From Aulosira sp. ZfuVER01 (GTDB lineage Bacteria; Cyanobacteriota; Cyanobacteriia; Cyanobacteriales; Nostocaceae): DNA of 64,000 nucleotides. Shown in pieces: positions 31,266 to 41,042 of the stretch. Position 1 is the stretch's first letter. Every line of letters begins with the position of its first letter. The DNA is taken from positions 96,001 to 160,000 of the forward strand of contig JAVRCV020000071.1 in assembly GCA_034530615.2 (NCBI GenBank), in the 5' to 3' direction. Under the pieces are notes generated by a model, which worked only from the letters and a program-made list of their open reading frames with translations, was not told where the DNA came from and did no database searches. The position numbers and the translations under genes were made by a program.

Positions 31266-32511
31266 ACCAATTACCCTGAATACTAATTTTACCTAAACGC
31301 TGATCGTATTTTTTTCCATTAATAAACGCAGGTTCTACATAAAAAGATTCTGCAAATTCTACCCAATCAATAAATTGTTTATTTTTATCAAAAATTCCTG
31401 AAGATATCATATATTTACCAGGCATTAGTTGATTAATGAATTCTACATTTATTCTGCCGAATTCTCTATTATATTTAATATTAGTACCACAATCTCTTTG
31501 GAAAAGACTGACTTGAACTTCACCATCTTCTAAGTTGTAAATAAGAACAAAAAATTCTAGTTCTTCAATTTCCGTATTTACTTTATAGTCAATTGAAATT
31601 TTCAGTTTATCAAAAATAGAAACGACAATATCAGAATCATTAAGATTATTTAATGTAATTTTTTCAATTTCTGCTCTAGCATCACCTTTTATGTGTCTGT
31701 ATTTTTTTGTTTGCTCCTCGGAACTTTGGTTAAGTGCTCTTTGCATATACTGAGATATAACTTCAGCAGGATTTCCCTCATAAATTAGTTTCCCTTGAGA
31801 TAATAAAAATGCACTAGTACAAAGTTGTTTGACTGTAGACATATTGTGGCTGACAAACAAAACAGTTCTACCTTGCTTACCTACTTCTTCCATCTTTCCC
31901 AAACATTTTTGTTGGAAAGCGGAATCGCCTACTGCTAATACTTCATCGACTATTAAAATCTCAGGTTCTAAATGAGCAGCTACAGCAAAAGCTAAACGGA
32001 CATACATACCTGATGAATACCGTTTTACAGGTGTATCTAAAAATTTCTCTACTTCTGCAAAAGCGACAATTTCATCAAATTTGCGCTGAATTTCTACTTT
32101 GCTCATGCCCAAAATTGCACCGTTGAGGAAAATATTCTCTCTTCCGGTCAACTCTGGATGAAATCCAGTGCCTACTTCTAATAAGCTAGCAACTCTTCCT
32201 TGAATTTTAATCCTACCTTGAGTTGGCTCAGTAATCCGGCTTAAAATTTTTAATAATGTTGATTTTCCTGCTCCATTCCGCCCAATAATCCCAACCCTAT
32301 CTCCTTGCTGAATTTCAAACGAAACATCGTTGAGTGCCCAAAACTCTTCATGGAAAATTGGAATTTTTGATTTTTGCTTTTGAAACGGATTAAGTAAACT
32401 CTTAGCCTGATTGCTAATGATATCCCGCAGTGTACTGTAGCGTTCCTGCTGTTGATGTCCAATAATATATTTTTTACTTAAGTTTTCAACTCTAATTACA
32501 GTTTCAGGCAT
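31255..32511 (-). CDS. wzt: Polysaccharide ABC exporter ATPase with C-terminal Wzt_C domain
   Basis: GRNGAGKST, YSSGM signature, VDEVLAVGD, plus a C-terminal extension. Confidence 0.92.
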   Translation of the reverse strand: MPETVIRVENLSKKYIIGHQQQERYSTLRDIISNQAKSLLNPFQKQKSKIPIFHEEFWALNDVSFEIQQGDRVGIIGRNGAGKSTLLKILSRITEPTQGRIKIQGRVASLLEVGTGFHPELTGRENIFLNGAILGMSKVEIQRKFDEIVAFAEVEKFLDTPVKRYSSGMYVRLAFAVAAHLEPEILIVDEVLAVGDSAFQQKCLGKMEEVGKQGRTVLFVSHNMSTVKQLCTSAFLLSQGKLIYEGNPAEVISQYMQRALNQSSEEQTKKYRHIKGDARAEIEKITLNNLNDSDIVVSIFDKLKISIDYKVNTEIEELEFFVLIYNLEDGEVQVSLFQRDCGTNIKYNREFGRINVEFINQLMPGKYMISSGIFDKNKQFIDWVEFAESFYVEPAFINGKKYDQRLGKISIQGNWYAG

Positions 32512-32581
32512 GAGTTCTTTACTGTGTCACAATAATCAATCGCTAGAATATTTGAATTAGTCGTAACTTTAAAGTTAGCTT

Positions 32582-33418
32582 TTAAATCACATCAGCAAAT
32601 GTCTTTTCCATCTTGCGAAAATACCAAATTCCAGTAATGAAGAGTAAAGCTACAAGTCCTAAAGATAAAGTAAATCCAGGTACGTATAACTTTGATTCAC
32701 CTCCCAAAATTGCCCAGCGAAAACCATCAATTACTCCTACCATTGGGTTGAGTGAGTAGAGCAATCGCCACTTTTCTGGCACAATACCACTGCTAAATCC
32801 TACGGGTGAAATATAAAGACCGAACTGCACGATAAATGGCACAATAAAACGGAAATCTCGATACTTGACATTCAACGAAGCTAGCCATAATCCTGCACCC
32901 ATTGAAGCAGTAAAGGCAATAGCAATAAACAAGGGTAATGTTAAAATTCGCCAACTGGGAACAAAGTTATACCATGCCATTAATGCCAATAAAATCATCC
33001 CCGAAATCAAAAAATCTACAAAGCTAACTACTACTGTACTTGTAGGCACTATTAAGCGAGGAAAATAGACTTTGGAGATTAAATTAGCATTGCTAATTAA
33101 ACTATTGCTACATTCTGAAAGCGAATTTGCGAAGAATTGCCAAGGCAACATCGCTGAAAAAACCAAAATTGGATAAGGCGCACCTTGGGAGGGTAACTTG
33201 GCTAATTGCCCAAACACAACTGTAAAAACTACCATCGTCAGAAATGGACGAATTAGCGCCCAAGCAATGCCGATCGCAGTTTGCTTGTAACGCACCAGTA
33301 TGTCACGCCATGCTAAAAAGCAAAATAACTCCCGATAGCGCCATATATCTTTCCAATATTGTTGCTCTGTTCGTCCAGCTTCAATTACCAATTCTGGCTG
33401 AGAAATGGTGTCTTTCAT
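32582..33418 (-). CDS. wzm: Polysaccharide ABC exporter permease
   Basis: RYKQTAIGIAW, KVYFPR, YRDF, LNP and FADVI. Confidence 0.92.
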   Translation of the reverse strand: MKDTISQPELVIEAGRTEQQYWKDIWRYRELFCFLAWRDILVRYKQTAIGIAWALIRPFLTMVVFTVVFGQLAKLPSQGAPYPILVFSAMLPWQFFANSLSECSNSLISNANLISKVYFPRLIVPTSTVVVSFVDFLISGMILLALMAWYNFVPSWRILTLPLFIAIAFTASMGAGLWLASLNVKYRDFRFIVPFIVQFGLYISPVGFSSGIVPEKWRLLYSLNPMVGVIDGFRWAILGGESKLYVPGFTLSLGLVALLFITGIWYFRKMEKTFADVI

Positions 33419-33540
33419 ATTATTTGCGTTGTATTAAATAAGCTGGCTTAGTTTTTACCATTATCTACACGACATCTAAAATTCATCAAGCATACTTCAT
33501 CTTTCAAGAGTGCAGTAACCGCGCCCCTGCTACAAAAAAT

Positions 33541-33570
33541 AATAGGGACACAAATTGTTGTGTCCCTATT
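33541..33570 (-). terminator. Intrinsic terminator of the 120-aa gene
   Basis: Perfect 13-bp arms AATAGGGACACAA-ATTG-TTGTGTCCCTATT with a T-run after it on the minus strand. Confidence 0.75.
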
Positions 33571-33628
33571 GTGGGTTTATAATAATTCGTTTGCAAGTTG
33601 TTGAGATGTATTATGCTCAACCTGTACT

Positions 33629-33991
33629 TTATGTAGGCGTTGATGCATTTACTTTGCGAGAATTCCGCTTACCAGTGCGCTTGCGTGCACCCCCAGCCAT
33701 CTCATATTCATCACTACCTTTACCATATTTAGAAGCTACCCCAGTTAGCATCCGTTCTGATAAATCAGCAAGCGATCGCTCTGCTTGTGAAATCAGAGTA
33801 CCTGTCTGATCGGCCGCTGACAAAGCCATATTATGAGCTTCTAATTTTCTGTGTGTATCTTCAATTAATTCTGAAAATATTTCGACCGTTAGCCCATTTC
33901 CCAAATCTAGTGAGGCATCAATTGTCTTTAAACCAGCTATCCGACGCTGGGCTTTTTCTAAAATTATCGAAGTCCGCTTTGGTCTTCCCAT
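33629..33991 (-). CDS. Hypothetical protein (120 aa; basic termini, helical core)
   Basis: Clean ORF with its own terminator. GRPKR N-terminus, KYGKGSDEYEMAGG motif and a K/R-rich tail. Confidence 0.8.
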   Translation of the reverse strand: MGRPKRTSIILEKAQRRIAGLKTIDASLDLGNGLTVEIFSELIEDTHRKLEAHNMALSAADQTGTLISQAERSLADLSERMLTGVASKYGKGSDEYEMAGGARKRTGKRNSRKVNASTPT

Positions 33992-34158
33992 AGCAGTATG
34001 TCCATGTTTGAAAGGCTACACATAAATTAACTTATGCTTTACCAATACGGAACTAGTGTTAATTGGGAATCATCAGCGATCAAATGTTCTAGGGAATTGC
34101 GTAAATTTCCTAATTTAAGGGTTGTTTGTGGCGATAAATTCCATATTTATGGCAAAAA

Positions 34159-34389
34159 ATGCGACAAAACTTGTAAACACACCATTTTTTACAAAAAAAA
34201 ATTAATCCAAAGCTGCAAATATTCGACTCAAACTTATAAATGCTCCATTTTTCATAATGAAAACTAATCCAAAGCTACAAAGATTCGACTCAAACTTATG
34301 AATACTCCACTATTCACAATAAATGCTGATACAAAGCTGTAAAGATTCGACTCAAACTTATAAATGCTTCATTTTTTACAATACAGCTT
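34159..34389. repeat. 62-bp tandem repeat array (3 good copies and 1 degenerate copy)
   Basis: ATTCGACTCAAACTTAT occurs at 34221, 34283 and 34345; a degenerate ATGCGACAAAACTTGT occurs at 34159. Confidence 0.9.
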
Positions 34390-34410
34390 TGTTTATTTTG
34401 CATTTTCAAA

Positions 34411-34465
34411 TGTCATTTTGATCGAAGCGAATTATCTTTAAGCTTCTGCTTCGCTCAGAACGACA
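34411..34465. repeat. REP-like palindrome
   Basis: TGTCATTTTGATCGAAGC...GCTTCGCTCAGAACGACA imperfect inverted repeat. Confidence 0.65.
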
Positions 34466-34483
34466 GATTTTTGAGCTTTTGTA

Positions 34484-34909
34484 TTAGTACATAAACTTAA
34501 AATCTTGAATGCTTCTGTGATTCATCATCCGGGAATGTCTGCTAGTGAACTCTCCTACAGAAGGGTTTCCATTTGGATGCATTACCCCCGTTGCTTGTTG
34601 CCAAAGTTCTGGCGGTGCTACTGACAAGTCATAAACAGAGTCACGCTTACAAATGTGATACCACTTGGTTTGTTGGCATTCTTCGCACCAAAAAGCTTCT
34701 AACCATTCACCTTCTAAAGGAACCGCTGTTTTAGCTGCTACTAACATTAAGGCTTCACGTCGTTTGACCCCCCGTTGTTGTAGCTGTCCTGCTTGTTCGG
34801 TAAATAACCCGTATTTTTGGCTCATACTATCCATGTAGCACCCATGTACCGGACAATGTATAGCTCGCCGTTTAGAACGTTTCCGATTTCGATCACACCT
34901 TCTCTGCAC
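34484..34909 (-). CDS. Hypothetical putative Zn-binding protein
   Basis: Likely GTG start at 34909 with a GGAGG RBS. Basic N-terminus, CPVH and CEEC pairs, and GNPSVGEF. Confidence 0.75.
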   Translation of the reverse strand: MQRRCDRNRKRSKRRAIHCPVHGCYMDSMSQKYGLFTEQAGQLQQRGVKRREALMLVAAKTAVPLEGEWLEAFWCEECQQTKWYHICKRDSVYDLSVAPPELWQQATGVMHPNGNPSVGEFTSRHSRMMNHRSIQDFKFMY

Positions 34910-35279
34910 TTTGGCCCTCCGTATCAGTAACATTAAACAGATCGCAAGAAGGTTGCATTGAAGGGACTGAGATCTTAATGACCATCAAAGCCCACTCCTA
35001 AATCAACAATGAGTTATTGAGTTTGAGAAGAAAAATTTGTGAACCAGTGCCAGTTCGGAGGAACAAGTTTCACTATCTTTTCTTGGAAAGCAGACATACG
35101 TAATTCTGCTTAGGGAGAGTCTGCGTTCGCTAAATTGCAAAGCATAGTTCTCAAGAATAGCGTTCTTAAAGGGTAGACGCACTTTGTTTATATAGCCGTA
35201 ATTTACGATTGTCAAGCCAATATTGAAGGTAAATTAATACGATTTCAAGAAATCTTATACGTAATAACACTCAACACTC

Positions 35280-36719
35280 TTAGGAAATAGCCTGCCGCAA
35301 TACTCTTAGATATTGTTTAGCAATGATTTCCGGCGTAAAATGCGACTGCAAATACTTACGGGAGGCAATACCCATGCGTTCTGCTAGTGGTTGGTTACTA
35401 TTGAGAAGGCGAATAAATTCAGCTAATCCATAGCTGTCACCATTCTCAAAACTAGCGCCACATTGTGCATCTATAACCAGTTGTCTTAAGTAAGAATACT
35501 CTGAACAAATCACCGCTACTGGACGCCCTGTTGCCAAAGCTGGGTAAAGCTTACTAGGAGCAACTAGACTTTCCATCCCAGCTTCTACACTCACCAGAGA
35601 TAGATCGCAAGCTGTCAAAGAATAAGGTAGTACTTCTTTGTCTTGATATGGCAGAAACAGGAAATTATCTAGTCCTAAATGATTGACTTCTTCGATAAAA
35701 CTTTCATGTTTTGGCCCGCCGCCAATACAAACGAACTGAATTGGCTCATCTTGTAGTTGTTTGGCTGCCTCTAAAATGGTGTCCATATCATGGCACCGAC
35801 CCATATTACCGGAATAAAGTACGGTAAATTTGTTAACTAAGTTATGTTTCTTAGCAAACCAGTTATCTTTTTTTACAATCGGCACAATCAAGTCAGGATC
35901 TCCCCAACTGTGAATCACAGAAACTTTATCCGCTACCTCTGGACAAGTTGCTAGTACTCGCTGCTTCATAGCCGGACTGAGAACAACTATCCCGCGTGCG
36001 TTTTGCCAAATCTTTCTGTTGAGCGCTTGCCAGAATTTTGCTAACCAGTGATTGTTGGGAATTACCCCAAGAGCGACCGCAATGTCTGGATAGATGTCAT
36101 AAATTAAACAAACGTAAGAAAGACCAAAACACAGGTGAGCTAGATATCCAATAATTGGCAAGAATGGCGGCGCTGAGGTCAGTAAAAATACATCGTGGCG
36201 ACGGCAACATCTGGCTAAATGCAGCACTGCACGCAAGGTAAACAAGACCCCATTGATAGCTTTACCACGAACCCGTCGCGACCAAAGTTGAGCAGTGCGC
36301 GATCGCTGAATTCTGACTCGACCTACTTGTTCTACTGCGGGAGCAGTAGAAGTCCCAAAGGCATATCCTGGTTGACCTGTAAACACTTCAATGTTTACAC
36401 CTTGTTTACTTAACTGTCTCACCAGTTCTTCAATTAACTGTCCCGTAGCAGCATAATCTGGGGGAAAAAACTCAGTGATCACAGATAAGTTCAGCGATTG
36501 ACCGTACCAAGTTTCATTCACTCCTAAAGATTGATGCGAAACTATGGAAGGAAATACAAATGTGGAAAAATTCTTCCTATTATGTTGTTTTCCATTGTCG
36601 AAGTTAACTTTCTCACTTGGCAAAAAATCTCTATCAGCTTTAATAAATTGCTGATTCTGAGAAATTTTGGTAGTTGATTTGGTTAGCAACGATTTTTTCA
36701 GCCACTCACTGAATGTCAT
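35280..36719 (-). CDS. Glycosyltransferase family 4 (WbuB/WcaI-like)
   Basis: EFFPPDYAATG, TSAPPF, YDIYPD, YSGNMG and APSKLY. The start codon is uncertain. Confidence 0.88.
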   Translation of the reverse strand: MTFSEWLKKSLLTKSTTKISQNQQFIKADRDFLPSEKVNFDNGKQHNRKNFSTFVFPSIVSHQSLGVNETWYGQSLNLSVITEFFPPDYAATGQLIEELVRQLSKQGVNIEVFTGQPGYAFGTSTAPAVEQVGRVRIQRSRTAQLWSRRVRGKAINGVLFTLRAVLHLARCCRRHDVFLLTSAPPFLPIIGYLAHLCFGLSYVCLIYDIYPDIAVALGVIPNNHWLAKFWQALNRKIWQNARGIVVLSPAMKQRVLATCPEVADKVSVIHSWGDPDLIVPIVKKDNWFAKKHNLVNKFTVLYSGNMGRCHDMDTILEAAKQLQDEPIQFVCIGGGPKHESFIEEVNHLGLDNFLFLPYQDKEVLPYSLTACDLSLVSVEAGMESLVAPSKLYPALATGRPVAVICSEYSYLRQLVIDAQCGASFENGDSYGLAEFIRLLNSNQPLAERMGIASRKYLQSHFTPEIIAKQYLRVLRQAIS

Positions 36720-38524
36720 TGGCTATATCGTCCTTCAAAATGATTTTTAGGCTTAGAGATAAACTTGACAGCTATTGAGCTAAAATCGGCTTTACTGCCC
36801 AATATTTGCTGCTCAGTTCCTTTATAGTCGATGTTTAAGTAAATTAGTGAAAAAGCAAGTTTTTTTTGAAAAAACAATATTATTTTTTGTTAAATTCTGT
36901 AGAAAATACTGATTTATATATCTTCTTTTGAGAGAAGTAAACCTACTTCAAGCTTCAGCAATTAATTGATAAATATTGCTTTAATCAAAGACAAAGCCCA
37001 ATATTTACATTAGTAACAGATTCAAAATTTACCGAAATTGAGAGGAAATTTTTGAATTCTTGCCAGAGTAACTATTGCAATTTTTTTTGCTTAACGTATT
37101 AAATCATGCTTTAGATACCGCTTGTTTTGAGAAGCATTATCCCTCTTTAATCGCGTCTTCAACCCCTTAAAGACCCGAAAATAAGCATTTTGCGTTAGCT
37201 AAAGTAATGCTCTGCTGGCTTTCGTATACGTATTTTCCTAAGTCTAATACTATACCATATTTATTTTTATCGTCAATAATTAAATCAAAAATACATTGAT
37301 TTTGTTATGGCTTCATGTTGGCTAATGTATATCAGTCGTCAACAAAAGACTATAGCAGATGAAAAAGTCTCTGCACCTAACAAGCGTGGGTAGATGTGAG
37401 CTTAACCAAATTCAAGTGTTGTAGCAAATAGACAATAATTTAGAGAGAAGATTTTAGATTCAGGCATAATTCGTGCATATAAAGCTGATATAACTTTGCC
37501 GACAGAATAGCAAAAGTTTTCCAGACAGTCAAAAATTAACTAATTAAATACCTGAATAATAACTAATCTAAATTTTTGATTCATAGGTAAGATAACTTAT
37601 GACTCGGTTAGGGATAACGCTTTCCCATTATCCAGCCGTAAGCTGCTTACATACTACTGTTCCTGCTAGAAAATCATTACCCAACAAAACTTAATATTTG
37701 CGTCATATCATTATTAGCAAAAATGCAGTAGGCTATCTACCAACCTAGCGAGCATTAACATAGCGATGAAATATTTCTAGAACTAACGAATCTCAATCTC
37801 AATCAAAATCTCCAAAGAAAAATCAATAAAAGCAAGAACTGGTAAGCATTTCCCGATGACATTCATTCCCCAACCCCTGATAAACTTTTGTTGTTACCCA
37901 CTTTTGTAACCCTCTTCGGAATGGAATTCCCAGGCTAATAGCCTAAAGTTCTCTAAAGCAGACTGAGTAGACTGAGACTCTAAGTCGCTACATGGAAGTG
38001 CAAGGTGGGATATCGGTAAGCACTTTGCATTTAACAAAGCTTGACAATTCATACTGTAACATCTTTTATACTTTTGTTTCTCAAACATACTCAGGCTTAC
38101 TGAGAGAAGCCAGAATATACTTGCGCAAGTATACTACTGTTCAGGTTAATACAATGCTTATTGTTAAGCTAAGTAAAAACAACAATACTCTAACTCAATG
38201 CAATTGACTAAAGTAGTAGCGATATCCGTATAAGACGGACTCAATCACTCCTACATGGCACTTGATTAAAGCTAACATATAACAAGAGTATAAATACTGA
38301 TGGTTATCATCGCCTAAAACATTGACTAGTTTTTGCTAATCTAAAACAGCTAGATAAATTCTTAATCTTTTGGAAGTCTCTGAGGAAAAGCAAATATATT
38401 TATACTCAAAAAGTAGTATTGACTTTTTCAATTCAACCCCTTAATTAGAATTACGATAGTGTGCCTTGGCTTGCTGAAGGCTGTAATGAAAACTTTTAAC
38501 TATCTGATTACACAATAAGAAGTA

Positions 38525-40726
38525 ATGATGGAGAATCATTTTACTAAAACCTCAAGTTACGAACGGAATGGAAGTTCTGCCTATCCAGTACTTTCATCTC
38601 AACTTCCTTCATGGTTTGAAAAGGAAAATAATGATTGGGATTTGCGGCAATTCCTGGGTCTTATACAGCGGCGAGCATTAATTATTGCGGGAGTAGCCAC
38701 TGTGGTGATGAGTGGTGTATCTTACTCCACACTAAATCAGAAACCAGTCTATGAAAGCAATTTTAGACTTTTAGTAGAACCTGTAAATGAAGAAAAATCT
38801 TTAGCACAACTCACGTTAGATCCTAGCGGCTCGGACAAGGCAGGGAATTTAGATTACGAAAGTCAAATTCAAGTTCTCAAAAGTCCTGAGCTAATGGCAG
38901 GAATTGTCAAACAGATTCGATATTACTATCCAGAACTTAGCTATGAATCTCTACTAAAATCTTTAACTATTCGCCGTTTAGGTGCAACTAAAATTATAGA
39001 AGTTAGCTATCGCAGTAACGATGTTACCAAGATAAAATTAGTATTAGATGTAATTGCTAAATCTTACTTAAACTACAGTCTGGAAAAGCGGCAAACTAAG
39101 TTAAGACAAGGAGTTCAGTTTGTTGATAAGCAGTTACCAAGCATAAAAAACCGCGTAGATCAGCTGCAAAAAGAATTACAACTTTTCCGCCAAAGATACG
39201 ACTTTATTAGTCCAGATGCTCAAGCTTCACAAGTTGCATCTCAAGTAAATATATTGAGTAGTCAAAGACTAGCAATTGATCAGAAATTAGCAGAGTATCG
39301 TGCTAATTTTGATAGTTTAAAAGGACAAGAAGGAGAATTGTCTGCACTCAATAATGCACCTGTATATCAGCAATTATTTGTACAGATGCGTCAATTAGAA
39401 GCACAAATTTCTGGTGAATTAGCTCGCTTTCAAGAAGACAGCCCACCACTACAAGTCTTAAGACAAAAAAGAGACAATCTATTACCATTAATTCAACAAG
39501 AAGCACGGCGTTTTCTTGGAGTAAAGAATGCTGAGTTAGTAACGCAAATTCAAAGTTTGGAACTTCAAAGTCAAGAACTAAAAAAAGCGGAAGTTAAACT
39601 TGACAATGAAGTTAAACTTTTACCAGTTTTATCAAGAAAATATACTGAACTTCAGCGAGATTTACAAATCGCAACTGAGAGCTTAAATCGCTTTGTGGTC
39701 ACTCGGGAAACTCTACAAATTCAGGTGGCTCAAACAGAACTTCCTTGGGAGTTAATTCAAGAAGCACCTGAACCAGAAGACCCGATATCTCCTAATATTC
39801 AACGTAGTTTAACTATAGGAGTTATAGCTAGTTTACTGTTAGGTTTTGGCATCAGCTTACTCGTAGAAAAAGTAGACAATACCTACCATAATGTTGGGGA
39901 TTTAAAGGAAAATATTAAACTACCTTTGTTAGGAATTTTACCGTTCGAGAAGAAAGTTCAAAATACTATTTACCACAATCTAGAACGTAGCAGTCTTTCA
40001 GAAAAAATTCCCTTTAGTTTTTCTCGAAGATTTTCTAAAGTGTCTAATATTTTACAGCAAAACTCCGCAAGCGATCGCTATTACGGTCAAGGTAAATTCT
40101 GGGAAGCCTTACAAGTTCTGTATTCAAATATTCAACTACTCAATTCCGATCAACCAATTCATTCCTTAATTATTAGTTCAGCACTACCAGGAGATGGTAA
40201 GTCCACTGTTTCCTTCCAGCTAGCGCAGATAGCAGCCGCAATGGGTAAACGAGTACTGCTTGTGGATGCTGATTTACGCAGACCCCAAGTTCACCATCTA
40301 GCTGATTTAAATAACTTGTGGGGGTTAAGTAGTTTAATTTCGACAAACATACCAGCAGGGCAAGTAATCCGGCAAATGCCTGAGATGAACAATTTATCTG
40401 TGGTGACTTCAGGCCCCATACCACCCGATCCGGCAAGGCTGCTATCGTCAGAAAAGATGAAGCAACTAATGGGATATTTCCATAGAACCTTTGACTTAGT
40501 AATTTATGATGTTCCACCGATAGTCGGATTAGTTGATGCCAGAATGCTAGCACCCTACACTGATGGTGTTGTGCTAGTCGTGAGGTTAGATAAGACAGAT
40601 AAATCCGGGTTGATGCAAGCTCAAGATAGCCTCAAAATTTCTCCAGTCAATGTCTTAGGTATTGTTGCTAATGGAGATAAGACTAAGTACAAAGGCTACA
40701 AACATTACTATAAGACTCATAGATGA
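38525..40726 (+). CDS. wzc: Wzc/GumC polysaccharide co-polymerase with BY-kinase domain
   Basis: Two TM helices around a coiled-coil domain, Walker A PGDGKS, DADLRRP, YDVPP and a C-terminal Tyr cluster KYKGYKHYY. Confidence 0.9.
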   Translation: MMENHFTKTSSYERNGSSAYPVLSSQLPSWFEKENNDWDLRQFLGLIQRRALIIAGVATVVMSGVSYSTLNQKPVYESNFRLLVEPVNEEKSLAQLTLDPSGSDKAGNLDYESQIQVLKSPELMAGIVKQIRYYYPELSYESLLKSLTIRRLGATKIIEVSYRSNDVTKIKLVLDVIAKSYLNYSLEKRQTKLRQGVQFVDKQLPSIKNRVDQLQKELQLFRQRYDFISPDAQASQVASQVNILSSQRLAIDQKLAEYRANFDSLKGQEGELSALNNAPVYQQLFVQMRQLEAQISGELARFQEDSPPLQVLRQKRDNLLPLIQQEARRFLGVKNAELVTQIQSLELQSQELKKAEVKLDNEVKLLPVLSRKYTELQRDLQIATESLNRFVVTRETLQIQVAQTELPWELIQEAPEPEDPISPNIQRSLTIGVIASLLLGFGISLLVEKVDNTYHNVGDLKENIKLPLLGILPFEKKVQNTIYHNLERSSLSEKIPFSFSRRFSKVSNILQQNSASDRYYGQGKFWEALQVLYSNIQLLNSDQPIHSLIISSALPGDGKSTVSFQLAQIAAAMGKRVLLVDADLRRPQVHHLADLNNLWGLSSLISTNIPAGQVIRQMPEMNNLSVVTSGPIPPDPARLLSSEKMKQLMGYFHRTFDLVIYDVPPIVGLVDARMLAPYTDGVVLVVRLDKTDKSGLMQAQDSLKISPVNVLGIVANGDKTKYKGYKHYYKTHR

Positions 40727-40805
40727 AAGGGAACAAGCAATAGGCAATGCTAATTTGTTCTTTGTCCTCTCTTACAAAGTTCTGTTCGCCGGAAGCCGGT
40801 ACTCA

Positions 40806-40957
40806 ACGCCAGTTCGTTCAAGTCGGGAGACCCTTTCGGCAGTCACTCATAGGGGACTCGGGGCCCCCACGAAGTGGGGATTGGGGGAGAACCCCCAAGA
40901 CCGCGCTGCCGACGCTCCTACGTCGCTACCGCTACGCTAACACCACACGACTGGCTC
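40806..40957. repeat. Nested GC-rich miniature repeat elements
   Basis: ACGCCAGTTCGTTCAAGTCGGGAGACC...CACACGACTGGCTC encloses CGGCAGTCACTCAT...GGGGGAGAACCCCCAAGACCGCGCTGCCG, which itself encloses another hairpin. Confidence 0.65.
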
Positions 40958-41042
40958 GACTTTGCGCTTTGTCATTAGTTATTTATTCCTCTGCCCTGCG
41001 ATGCGTTATTGTGAATAATAGGCGCTTTATATGGGTAGAGCA

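Noticed and set aside
34034..34267. 77-aa ORF running into the tandem array
   Set aside because: The 62-bp period breaks the frame and there is no RBS or domain evidence.
34159..34389. 62-bp array as a CRISPR array
   Set aside because: The would-be spacers are similar to each other, the repeat has no clear dyad, and no cas genes are in the window. It is kept as a tandem array.
37894..38207. Two short overlapping ORFs in the long intergenic region
   Set aside because: They overlap on opposite strands and have no recognisable motifs, so they are probably chance ORFs.
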